From contig CM000151.3 of the NCBI GenBank assembly GCA_000004695.1, positions 1,536,001 through 1,600,000 on the forward strand: 64,000 nt of DNA, in the 5' to 3' direction. Made by a program: the position numbers and the translations under genes. How positions within the stretch are numbered: position 1 is the first letter of the stretch; each line of letters begins with the position of its first letter. The notes under the pieces are model-generated. The model searched no databases. It was given only the letters and a program-made list of their open reading frames with translations, and had not been told where the DNA came from. Positions 12,691 to 25,078 of this stretch are shown here, piece by piece. This DNA is from Dictyostelium discoideum (lineage: Eukaryota).

Positions 12691-15600
12691 TGACAATTAT
12701 ATACTCCTTATATAAAACAAAATGATATTATTAAAGATATTATAACAAATTCAGTTAAACCAATTTTAAATGAAAAAATTAAATTTAGAATATTAGAGAT
12801 TGGTTGTGGTATTGGTTTATTATCAGAAATCATTATCAATCAAATAAATTTATTATTTAAAGAGAATCCATTATCAGAAATTAGTATCGAATTCACTTAT
12901 TCAGATTCAACATTTATACAAGCTGTTAAAGATAAAATTCAACAAATGATTCCAGAATCAACATTATTATCATTTAAAACTTTATTTAAAACTATTAATA
13001 TAAATGAAGATTTATTAGATCAAAATTTCAAACCATCTTATTATGATATTATTATTGTTAATGGTGTTAATTATTTAAATAAAGATAAACAACTCAATTC
13101 AACAATCAATAATATCAATCAAATTTTAATTTCAAATGGTTATTTAATTATAATGGATACACATTATAAATCAAAAGTAGTCGATAAACAAATTGAATTA
13201 TATGAACAATGGTTATCATTTAATTTCAAATCTAACAACAACAACAATAATGATAATTTAACAAATGAACAATGGAATAATTTATTAGTTAATAAATTAA
13301 AATTTAAAGAATTCATATCAACATCATATGAACCATATTTATTATTTGTTCAAAAACCAACGATTGATGAAATCGTATTATCAAGTCAACAAAAGATATC
13401 AAAGTTAATATCATCATATGATCAAATTATTAAATTTGATTCAAATTTAGGTCACAAAGATAATATAATTTCAGATATATTAAATGATGGTAGTTTTGGT
13501 GTTGTAAGAATTACATCAATTGAGCAATTTGAAAAACATGTTGAAACAAATCCATTGACAGATAACTCGTTAATTCTTTTCTTTAGTTCAGTTAACGATT
13601 TAAATGAAATTAATTTTAATCAAGTTACATTTGAATATATTAAAATCAATCAATATTTATTAAAGACCAAATGTAAATGTAAACATATATTAGTTTCAAA
13701 GAATTCTCAAACATCTGCTGACGATGAAAATACATGTTCGAATTATTTAGGTACTTCAGTAATTGGTGCATTTAAATACTTTTCAGAATATATTGATTTA
13801 AATATATATTCAATCGATTATGGTTCAGATATTTATGAAATTAATTTAAATGATTTAATACTTCATAATGAATTAACAAATCCTTTAAAACATATACAAA
13901 GAGAATATATTATAAGAGATAATAAAATATACTATGAACATTTAAAATTAGAATCAAATATTAAAATGAAATATAAATCAAATTCATTCATTAAAGATAC
14001 AAACAAATTAATGACAAAAGTTGAACCTCAAACATTAGAATTTAAATTATTAGCAAAAAGAGAATTAAAAGAAGATGAAGTCGAAGTTAGGGTTTTAGCA
14101 AGTGGTATTAATTTTAAAGACAATTTAACTTATCGTGGTTTAGTACCAAAAGAAGCAACAAATGAAATAGGTGATTCAACTGATCCACAAATTGGTTGGG
14201 AATGTTCAGGTATTATCACTAGAATTGGTAAAAAAGTAAATAAATTTAAAATTGGTGATTCAGTATTAGGTACTTGTTTTCATTCAGTAGCATCACATGT
14301 AATTACAAATCAAGATAGATTTGTATTAAAACCAGATTGTTTATCATATGTCGAAGCTGCTTCAATTCCATTGGTTTATATCACATCATATTATTCATTA
14401 TTGGTTCAAGGTAATTTGGATTTTGAGGGTGATGAAGAGACTGTTTTAATTCATTCAGGTACAGGTGGTATAGGTTTAGCAGCAATTGAAATATTAAAAG
14501 CAATTGGATTTAAATCATTATTATTCGTTACAGTTGGTTCAAAAGAAAAAGAACAATTTTTAAGAGATAGATATGGTTCATTTATAACTGAAATTTATTC
14601 AACTAGAAATACTGACTATGTTCAAGATATAAAAAAGAAAATTAAAGAAATTAAAAAAGGCAAAGGCAAATCACTCACTCAATATGGTACCTTATCATAT
14701 GGAGTTGATTTAATTTTAAATACTTTATCAATTGAATTTATGGAATCAAATTTTTTACTTTTAAATCAAGGTGGTCGTATCGTTGATTTATCAATCACCC
14801 ATTTATCAACAACTGAAACAACTGATTATAATAAATTTAAATATTTCATTGGTTATTCAACTGTTGAAGTTATGACACCAAGTTTCTCAAAAGTTAAAAA
14901 AACACTTCAAATTGTTGTCAATATGATTAAAGATGGAAAATTAAAATTATTACCAATTATTGAATATTCAGTTAGTGAAATTAAAAATGCAGTAGAGTAT
15001 ATTAGTGAAAGAAAACATATTGGTAAAATCGTTGTAAATTTTCAAACTACTGAAAATGTAGTACAAGATTCAATTATTAAATTAAATAATTCATTTGAAA
15101 ATAATTATCTATTCCAATCACCTCAATACAATTTAAATAATACAACATTTGGTAATACTATATTAATTACTGGTCAAAAAGGATTATCATTAACAATTAT
15201 TAAATGGATATTATATTATTATCCAAATCAAGATAATAATACCAATAATAGTTTTATTAAAGATATAATAGTTTTATCAAAATCAACAATTAATTATGAA
15301 TTAGAAATTGAAATTGGAAGAGCAAGAAAAAAAGGATTAAAAACAAATATTCATTTTAAACAAGTTGATATTTCAAACAAAAATCAATTATTCGAATCAA
15401 TTGATGAATTATATAAATCAAATAAAGAATTAAAACCAATTGAAACTATATTCCATAATGCATTCGTACCAGTACAATCAGAACCTGAAGATATTGATTT
15501 ACAACAAATTATTGATTCAAATAGTGCAAAAACAATTGGTGCAATCAATTTATATGATTATATTAGTTCAAAAGCTATGGTATTAAAGAATTATATAATT

Positions 15601-18600
15601 TCATCATCAATGGCATCTGTAATGGGTTCAACAAGACAATGTGGTTATTGTTGTGCAAATGCAGTAATTGATTCATTCTCGAAATATTTAAGAAGAAAAG
15701 GAATTCAATGTTTTTCATTAAAATATTCAATAATTGAACAAAGTGGATATGTCGCAAGAAATGAATCTGTTGAAAAGCTATTTACAACCACTGGTTTAAA
15801 TACTATTTCAATCGGTACAGTTTTAGGTTCAATCGATTTAGCATTACAAAATCAAGATCAACTTAATAATAAATGTATTGTAGGCTTTGATTTTCAACTA
15901 GTTTCTAAAAGATCAAATCATCTTCAATATAAATTAGATTTCTATACCAATCAATATCAATCAAATAATGATGAATCTAATGATAATGATGAATTTTCAA
16001 TCAAAGATCAAATTTTAAATAAATTTTCAGAGTTATTACAAATTGAAGTTTCAAAGATTAATTTAGATATTAAAATGGTCGATTATGGATTAGATTCATT
16101 AACAGTTGTAAATTTAAAAACATACTTGGATCAACAATTTGTAATCGGACCAAATGTTTTATCAATTTCTCAAATTCAAAAAATTACAATTAATCAGTTA
16201 ATTAATTTTGTAAAAAATGAATTAAATAAAAAATCAAATTATAAAAATAATAATAATAATTTAAATAAAAATAAGAAATCAAATCAAAATAAACAGAAAC
16301 AAATAATAGGTTCAACAATTAATTGGGAAAATGAAATAAAATTAGATGATTCAATAATAGGTTTAAATGGAAATCAAATAATTTTTAATAATGAAAATGA
16401 AAATATTGTATTATTAACAGATGCAACTAGTTTTATTGGTATTTATTTATTAAATGATTTAATAATTTTAGGAAATTATAAAAAAGTTTATTGTTTAATA
16501 AATAATAACAATTCAAAAGAAGAAGGATTTAAAACAATCATTCAACTATTAAAAGAATACAAATTATTTGATAAATTAACAAATGATCAAATTAATAGAA
16601 TTGAAATTGTATGTGGTCACTACTCAAAAGAACAATTTGGAATATCAAATGAAGACTATAATAACTTATCAAATCAAGTTAATATTATTTTAAATTGTAC
16701 AACTGATAGAAATTTAAATAAAAAGTATGAAGAATTTAATGAACAATTAGAAGGTATAAACCAATTTGTTAAATTTTCATTAAAAAATAAAATTAAGAAA
16801 TTAATTCATTTATCAGCAATTGGAGTTTATCAAGAAGATCCAAATACTGATGATGATTATTATTTACCACCATTGGAATCAATTGATAATATTAAATCTG
16901 GATATTTACAAAATAGAATTGTTCAAGAATATCGTTTAAGAAATGCAAATAAAATTCATGGATTACCAATAATGATAATAAGATTACCATTTTTATTCTC
17001 TGATAATAACACAGGTATTGGTAGAGATAATGATATTGTTATGCTATTATTACAATCTTGTTATCTAATGAATACATGGCCATCGGAATTAGAGAATCAA
17101 TTTTTAAATTTAGTACCGGTAACATTTGCGAGCAAATCGATATCATCAATAACCATATCTTCAAATGTTTGGAATCAATGTAAATCATTATCACCAATTA
17201 ATAATTTAATTACATTTAATTTAATTGTTGATCATATTTCTTTTGGTACCATTATGAACCAATTATCAAATGATCTTGGTTGGCGTAAAATTTCAACATT
17301 ACAATTCATTAAAAAATTAGATATTTATGATAATGAATCTTGTAAAACATTATCATCATTCATAAAGAATCAAAATTTCTTTAATAGTTTATCTATTGAT
17401 GGTCAGTATAATTTTAATCAAGCTATCAAAAATGAATTAATTTCAAAAAATATATTTAATGGTTATAATGTTGATAAAAATTCAATAATCAAACATTTAA
17501 GTTATACTTTTAAAAAGAAAATATTATAAACTAAATATAAAAAAATTAAAAAAACACAGTCAAAGGTTTGTGTTTTTTTATTTTTTATTAATTAAAATCA
17601 AGTTTTTTTTTTTTTTTTTTTTTCGCCATTTTTAAAATTTTTTTTTTCTTTCTTTTTTTTATTTATTTTCTTATTCTTTTAAATAGACACTGGAGAAGTT
17701 TTGTTTTTTTTTTGATGAATAAAAAAAAAAAAAATAAAAAATTTAAAAAAAAAAAACCATCATTGAAACTAAGGGTAAAAGTATTACTTTTAAATTCAAA
17801 ATAAAAAATAAAAATAATACCAAATAAAATAAAACCACAACCAAAAATAAAAAAAAAAAAAATTAAAAATTAATTTAATGAAATTTTGTAAAATTAAATT
17901 CGATAAATTAATTTTTAATTTTATATCTAATTCTAAACTTTAGATTTTTACCAAACCAGCATAACTCAATTTTATAAAATTCTTTATACTTTTTTTTTTT
18001 TTAAAAACTTCTCAAATATATTTTTTTTTTTATAATACCCATACCACTTCAGCACCTTGTGAATATATTTTTTTTTTCTAATAATATAAAAAAAATTTTA
18101 ACACATCCAAATTGATCAGTTTTCTCAAAATGGCTAAATTTTTGATCAAAAAAAAAAAAAAAAAAGCATTGGAGTATAGGTTGTTTGGTTACCCCTAAGT
18201 AAATTGGGTGAAAAAAAAAAAGTAGTTTGGTATTACTGAACACACAATGTTGTGTTTACATATAAATATATAATAAAAAAATAATAATTAAAAAAAAAAA
18301 TAATTAAAAAAAAAATAATTAAAAAAAAAATAATTAAAAAAAATTATATAATTGAAAAAAAAAAAAAAAAAGAACACCACACCCAAAATAATTTTCTTTC
18401 TTTTAAAAAAAAAAATTAATTATAAACAATAAATAAACATTAAGAGAAAGAAAATTAAAAAAAGAAAATAAATATCGCATCAGGGAAATCACCGATGCAA
18501 TTTTCGTCATCAAAACAATCAAAAAATAAATTTTTTAAAAAATTCACAAAAAAAAAAAATTTCAAAAACCAAAATTTTTTTTTTTTTTTTTTTTTTTTTA

Positions 18601-18644
18601 TTCATTATTTCAAACCTTAACAAAAGGAAAATCTTCACACCAAA

Positions 18645-19097
18645 ATGAATAAACTCGACATGGACGCATGTCAAATTTATGATCCTGAAGAGTTTGATGC
18701 ATGTAGGTGTGAAGAAATTTATTATAGTAGTAGTTCAAATGGTGATATTATTAATCCACAAGCAATCAGCGATCTAATCTTCAATGCTTTTCAAAATTTA
18801 GAAATTCATAATCCTGTGTGGGCAGAACGAGCTATTGAAATACTCAAAACAGTATATGAAGATACAAATAATTTTCTTTCTCGAAAAAATCTAGATTGTG
18901 GTAATGAATTTAAGGTTGCAATTACTAATCTAATACGTTGTCTCGAAATAAGGAAAAATTTAACCAGTTTTTTCGATTCATTGGATGATTTAATATCAAT
19001 ATTACAAGAGCTTGCTGAAGTACTCCCTCAAGATTATTGGGATTTTATAGATGCTATTGAAGGTGTTTTGATTGGCCTCTTTGAAATTCCAGATTAA
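18645..19097 (+). CDS. Hypothetical 150-aa protein, single exon
   Basis: Clean ATG-to-TAA ORF. Codon usage is noticeably less AT-biased than the flanks (CTC, CGA, GGC, AGG codons), and there is an A-rich leader before the ATG. No recognisable motif. Confidence 0.45.
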   Translation: MNKLDMDACQIYDPEEFDACRCEEIYYSSSSNGDIINPQAISDLIFNAFQNLEIHNPVWAERAIEILKTVYEDTNNFLSRKNLDCGNEFKVAITNLIRCLEIRKNLTSFFDSLDDLISILQELAEVLPQDYWDFIDAIEGVLIGLFEIPD

Positions 19098-19164
19098 AAA
19101 CTGTTATTCACTCAAGATGTAACATAAATAGTTTAACTGTTTTTTTATTTTATATTAAAAATAA

Positions 19165-19270
<106 letters not shown>

Positions 19271-19449
19271 GAAAAAAATGAAAATAAAAATAGAATAATA
19301 ATAATAAAAATAAAAATAAAAATAAAAAAAATATTAAAAATTAAAATAAAAATAAAAATAAAAATAAAATAAAATTAAATTAAAACGGTTTAAGATTAAA
19401 AAGATTATTAACATATATGCTTTTTCTGTAAGATTATAATATATTTTAT

Positions 19450-21501
19450 TTAAATATTTTTTAAGTTATCATAAAGTGAATTAATAAAATTACCAGAACA
19501 TAATTTTAAATTATTATTTTTAATTAAATTTTCAAAACACAATTGATTTTCAATTATATTATAATTATTATAATATGTGTAAATTGTTGTTGATTTTGGT
19601 AATGGAAATTTAAATTTACACATAGCACTAAATAAAATTAAATGATTAATTGATGGTTTTAACCAATCACTTGATATTGTACCTTGAAAAGTTGGACCTA
19701 ATGATAAACAAGTTAAAGAATCTGGTAAATTTGGTAGATTTAATTGATTTAATGGTTGATTTAATTTTAAAGAACGTAATGAATTTGGAAATATTTTAAA
19801 ATCTATAACTTCTTGAATACCATAACCTAATTCAATATTTGTTAATGTATTTGGAAATATTACTCTACTAATTGGATGCTTAAAATGGTAATCAAATATT
19901 ATTGATTTTAAATTTTTCATATTCATAAATACTTTTGGTGTTAATTTTTCATTTTTATAACTTGAAAATTTAATTGATACAATTGATGTTGAAAAGTGAT
20001 CACATTCAAATTGATCTTTAAAATGACTCGTAATTGTTAACGATCTTAATGAGTTACATTTTATTAAACATTGATTATATGGACCTTCATATTGTGTTAA
20101 ATTTAATAATTGATTTGAAAATAGTGATGTTAAAGATTGTTCTTCTGATAAATGTATTTTTGAATGTTGAGGTTGTAATTCTGGTGAAACCAATTTTGGT
20201 TCTATAATTTTCAATGATTTAATTGAAGTTGGTAAATCATCATATTGTAATAAAAGTTTTTTAGTATATAATAAAACGTATGTTAATTCTAACGATTCAA
20301 GATTCTTTAAAAATGGTTTTAAATTTCTGAGTGATTGACTACAACTAATTGATAAATGTTTTAAAGTTGTCGGTATTGATTTAATGGGGGATTTAAAACA
20401 ATGTTCACCAAAAATTAAAGTTTCCAATGATGGCGGTAACTCATCAACTTCTAATTGATGATTGAATTTACAATCAATTGAAAATATTAATTCTTTTAAT
20501 GAGTTTGGAAGTGTAAATTTTTTAAATTTCTTATCAAATTCTCTACCAATATAAAGCTTTTCTAATTTATTTGTATTTAAAAAACAATAGTTATTTAAAG
20601 ATTTATTAAATGATTCACCAAATTTTAAAACTTTTAATTCTTTTGGTAATACATTCTTTCCAATTTCACAATTAAAATGATAACCAAATTCTAAAAAAGT
20701 AATTGATGATGGTAAACAACCTTCATTAATCTCTGTATTAAATGAATCACCAAATGTTAAACTTGTTAAACTATTTGGTAATAAACCCCTAAATAACTTT
20801 TCATTATAAAAATCTGCAAATAACAATTCTTTTAAATTATTTGGTAATTTTTTAATTTCACATTTATGATAATTACTATATCCACTTTTATTCTTTTGAC
20901 CAAAATCTAAATATCTTAATTTATTTGATGATTCATTAATACTACCATTACCACTACCATTGCCACTACCATTACCATTACCATTGCCACTACCATTACC
21001 ACTACCATTGCCACTACAATTACCACTACCACCTTCTAAAGATTGAATAAATGGTATAGTTTTAAAAGATAATTGATCATTTAAAATTAAAGATTTTATA
21101 TTTGAATGAATTGAATCATTTGAAAATGATGAATAAAATGAACCAACAAATTCTAGTGATGTTACTGAACGAGGTATGAACCCAGATTTAAAAATATTTG
21201 CTGATGGTCGATGTGAACTATTTTCAATTTCAACTGTATCAATATTCTCTGGTAATGATTCTAATATTGATAATACTCTTTGAAGATTATTTATATTTTT
21301 TTTACCACCAATAAAAAAATAAACCCTTTTCAAATACATTTTATATGGATAGTTTAACCAATATTGATATTCTTTATCTGTATTTATTTTGAAATCAACC
21401 CTATTAAAATTATTTAAAAAAATCATTTCCTTAAATATAAGATTTCTAATATATACATTTCTCCATAGTAAAAAAAATAAAAAATCATTATTATTTTCCA
21501 T
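19450..21501 (-). CDS. FNIP-repeat-containing protein (683 aa) with an internal (GSGN)n low-complexity stretch
   Basis: Many ~22-residue repeats of the form LPxSLxxLxFGxxFNxxI (for example LPNSLTSLTFGDSFNTEINEGCLPSSITFLEFGYHFNCEIGKNVLP), typical of the Dictyostelium FNIP repeat family. Single uninterrupted ORF on the minus strand. Confidence 0.8.
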   Translation of the reverse strand: MENNNDFLFFLLWRNVYIRNLIFKEMIFLNNFNRVDFKINTDKEYQYWLNYPYKMYLKRVYFFIGGKKNINNLQRVLSILESLPENIDTVEIENSSHRPSANIFKSGFIPRSVTSLEFVGSFYSSFSNDSIHSNIKSLILNDQLSFKTIPFIQSLEGGSGNCSGNGSGNGSGNGNGNGSGNGSGNGSINESSNKLRYLDFGQKNKSGYSNYHKCEIKKLPNNLKELLFADFYNEKLFRGLLPNSLTSLTFGDSFNTEINEGCLPSSITFLEFGYHFNCEIGKNVLPKELKVLKFGESFNKSLNNYCFLNTNKLEKLYIGREFDKKFKKFTLPNSLKELIFSIDCKFNHQLEVDELPPSLETLIFGEHCFKSPIKSIPTTLKHLSISCSQSLRNLKPFLKNLESLELTYVLLYTKKLLLQYDDLPTSIKSLKIIEPKLVSPELQPQHSKIHLSEEQSLTSLFSNQLLNLTQYEGPYNQCLIKCNSLRSLTITSHFKDQFECDHFSTSIVSIKFSSYKNEKLTPKVFMNMKNLKSIIFDYHFKHPISRVIFPNTLTNIELGYGIQEVIDFKIFPNSLRSLKLNQPLNQLNLPNLPDSLTCLSLGPTFQGTISSDWLKPSINHLILFSAMCKFKFPLPKSTTIYTYYNNYNIIENQLCFENLIKNNNLKLCSGNFINSLYDNLKNI

Positions 21502-21877
21502 AAATTTTTAGTTTTTTAAAATTTATTGTTAGAAAAAAAAAAAAAAAAAAAAAAGTATAAAAAATTGATTATAAAAATTTATTTTTAGAAAAAAAAAAAA
21601 AATGAAAAATAAAAAAAATAAAAAAAAAAACCAAAATAAAAATAAAAATAAAAATTAAAAAAGAGGTGGTTTTTTTACTTAAAAAATTAATAACGACGGT
21701 TACAAACTTGGTTTGTTTCAGATTTTTTTTTTTTTTTTTAGTTTTATTTTTATTTGTTGATTTATTTTTAGATATTTTTGTTTTTTATTTACTTAAAATT
21801 TTTTGACTTTGTATAAACCAGATATTTTTATTATTATTTTACAAATCAAAAAAAAAAATTTCTTCTTTTTTTTAACC

Positions 21878-23973
21878 CTATAAAATTTCGGTTAAAAAAA
21901 AAAAGATAAAAAAAAACAATTGGATAAATAAAAATAAAAAATATAAAAATAAAAAAAAAAATATTATTATTAATGTGCAATTATTATTAATATTTATTTT
22001 AATTTCTTTTTTTTTATCATAAATTGAATTAATAAAATTATCAGAGCATATTTTTAAATTATTATTTTCAATTAAATTTTCAAAATAAAATTGATTTTCA
22101 ATGACATTATAATTATTAAAAGATATGTAAATTGTTGTTGATTTTGGTAATGGAAATTGAAATTTACAATCAACACACAATAAAATTAAATGATTAATTG
22201 ATGGTTTTAACCAATCACTTGATATTGTACCTTTGAAATTTGAACCTAATGATAAACAAGTTAAAGAATCTGGTAGATTTGGTAACGTTAATTGATTAAA
22301 TTCAACCAATTTTAAAGAACGTAATGAATTTGGAAATATTTTAAAATCAATGATTTCTTTAATACCAAAACCAAATTCAATATTTGTTAATGTATTTGGA
22401 AATATTATCCCACCAATTTGTTGAATATAATAATGACTACTGAATATCACTGATTATAAATTCTTCATTTTTGTAAAAACCTTGGGGGTTAAATGTTCAA
22501 AGGCAAGGCTTAAAAATTCGATTGATTTAATTAATGACGAAAAGTGATCACATTGATAATGATTTGTGAAATGATTTGTTATCTTTAATGATCTTAATGA
22601 ATTTGATTTTTTTAAAAACAAGTTATATGGACCTTCATAATTTTTTAATTTTAATAATTTATTTGAAAATAGTGAGCTTAAAGATTGATCTTCCAACTGC
22701 ACCTGTTCTTGATTTGAATATGGATGCGACTGTGTTGAGACTAATCTCGGTTCAATTATTTAATGAAAATCAGTATCATTCAATATCCTTCTAACCAAAG
22801 GCACTAAAAATGATGTTAATTCTAATTTTTTAAGATTCTTTAAAAATGGTGATACATTCTCAATTGATTGACTACAATTTATTGATAAATATTTTAAAGA
22901 TATTGGCAAAGACTCAATTTCCGATTTAAAATATCGCTCACCAATAATTAAAGTCTTTAACGATGGAGGTAACACACCAACTTCCAATGGGTGATTGAAT
23001 TTACAGCCAATTGAAAATACCAACTCTTTTAATGATTTTGGGAATGTAAATTCGATAAACTCACCTTGATATTCTCTACCAAGATAAAGTTTCTTCAATT
23101 TATTTCTATTATAAAAACATTGTCTTGTACTTAAAGATTTATTGAATAGTTCACCAAATTTTAATATTTTTAATCTCTTTGGTAATACATTCTTCCCAAT
23201 TTCACAATTAAAATGGTATCCAAATTCTAAATAAGTGATTGACGATGGTAAACAACCTTCACCAATCTCTGTATTAAATGAATCACCAAATGTTAAACTT
23301 GTTAAACTTTTTGGTAGAAATACTTTACCTATCTCTTGATTGAAAAAGTTTGGTAATAACAATACTTTTAAATTTTGTGGTAACCTTTTAACTTCATATA
23401 TACTTTTTTTAAAACTATCTATACTTTTATTCTTTTTACCAAAATCCAAATACTGTAAATGACTACCACCACTACTACTACCACTACAATTGCCACCCTC
23501 TAGACATTCAATAAATGGTATAGTTTTAAAGATAATTGATCATTTAGAATTAAAGATTTTAAATTTGAATGAATTGAATTTTTTGAAAATGGTGAACTAA
23601 ATGAACCAATTAATTCTAGTGATGTTACTGAACGAGGTATGAAGCCAGGATTAAATATATTACATATAGGTATTATTGAATTTGTTTCAATTTCAACTGT
23701 ATCAATATTCTCTGGTAATGATAATAATGTCAATATCAATCTTTGAAGATCAAAAATTCTAAGACCTTGAAAACTAATAAAGAACCTGACCCTTTTCAAA
23801 TAAATTTTATATTTATAATCTAACCAATATTGATATTCTTCATTTGTATTTATTTTGAAATTAACTTTTCTAAATATACTAAATAATTTCAATTCATTGA
23901 TTATAACTTTTCTTAAAACTATATTTCTCCAAATTGAAAAAAATAATTTATCATTATAATTTTCTAAATTCAT
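21878..23973 (-). pseudogene. Decayed tandem paralogue of the FNIP-repeat gene
   Basis: N-terminus (23973..23500: MNLENYNDKLFFSIWRNIVLRKVI...FKINTNEEYQYWLDYKYKIYLKRV) parallels the intact gene. Homology continues through ORFs 22760..23449, 22454..22702 and 21878..22450 in three different frames. A 1-bp deletion at ~23540 (ttttaaag versus ttttaaaag) truncates the first ORF, and the C-terminal stop is lost. Confidence 0.7.
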
Positions 23974-24254
23974 TTTTTATTAATTATGTATATAAAAAAA
24001 ATAAAAAAAATAAAAAAAATTTGAAAATGAATTTTATGAAAAACCAACCTGAAAATTGATGAGAAATAAAAAAAAAAGCATGGAAATAAAAAACTAAATT
24101 TTTAATAAACCTTTTATTTTATTTTTTTTTTTTTTTCTTTTTATTTTTTTATTTATGATTTATAAATAAAAAAAAAAAATGAAGTTTTATTTAGATTTAT
24201 AGTTATTTTTTTTTTTATTTTTTTTTTTTGTTTGTAATTATTAATGTTAATGGT

Positions 24255-24298
<44 letters not shown>

Positions 24299-24307
24299 TT
24301 TTTTTTT

Positions 24308-24472
24308 TTATTGATGTAATATTGTAGTTTTGTAAGATGGTGGAATTGCAGAAGATTCAGAGGAAGACTCTTCATCAGATTCACTATTTGATGATGAGTA
24401 AGAAGATGAGGAAGAATAATTATTATATTCATCATGTTTTAATATTAATGGTGAGTTAATATTATTATGGTA

Positions 24473-24511
<39 letters not shown>

Positions 24512-25020
24512 ATTATTTTTATTTGATTTTACAAGATGATTAAATGAAGCAGATGTTAATAATGAATATTGAGATGAATATCTATTATTTTGAGGTTGCT
24601 GTTGTTGTGGATCACTTAATAATAAAGCTCTCTTCTTTTTCATTTTTCTTAACCTAAACATCATTAAAACTGTTGGTAAAATTTCAGTCATAAAGAAATA
24701 AGCCAATTCAAATTCCCAACCCAAATTAAATGATGTTGTACCAGACTGATTTGGATCATTAATCGATTCACGAATACTGTACAATGTGATAATCGATCTA
24801 ATACAAAAACAAACTGTACAAATACTACCAACAACTGCTGCTCTAATCGCCTCTGGTGGTGATTGTAATATACCTTTTCTTTTTCTTCCATTATTATTAA
24901 TTAATAAATGATGACCTTTATTATTATTACCACTACTACTTATACCACCACTTATATTTATTTTATTATTATTATTAATTTCATTATTATTATTACCATT
25001 CGGTATTATTATATTATTAC

Positions 25021-25078
<58 letters not shown>

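Larger units (their letters stand above)
9459..17529 (+). pseudogene. Tandem PKS paralogue (copy 2), internally rearranged: exon 1 9459..10003, intron 10004..10081, KS-AT 10082..~12023, 8x17-bp repeat, inverted DH fragment, then cMT-ER-KR-ACP-R 12694..17529
   Basis: N-terminal MDIKLKNNDKYSDRDVAIIGIGFRLPG and KS Cys motif TVDTACSS; GTAAGT/AG intron; AT GHSLGEISAAYCSG. Collinearity with copy 1 breaks at ~12024 (copy-1 equivalent ~2000). 12161-12690 is the reverse complement of copy-1 ~2210-2720 (DH). From 12694 the sequence is again collinear with copy-1 ~3707 onward (LYTPYIKQNDIIKDI...), open in one frame to the stop at 17529. Copy-1-equivalent ~2040-2210 and ~2720-3707 are absent. ORF track shows two separate ORFs 10282..12063 and 12946..17529. 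Confidence 0.7.

Noticed and set aside
17530-18640. tRNA or other ncRNA genes in the G/C-containing patches (for example 18160-18200 gcattggagtataggttgtttggttacccctaagt, and 18470-18500 gcatcagggaaatcaccgatgc)
   Set aside because: No cloverleaf can be drawn: there is no GTTCRA T-loop and no matching acceptor stem. The patches are short and isolated and more likely promoter elements of 18645..19097.
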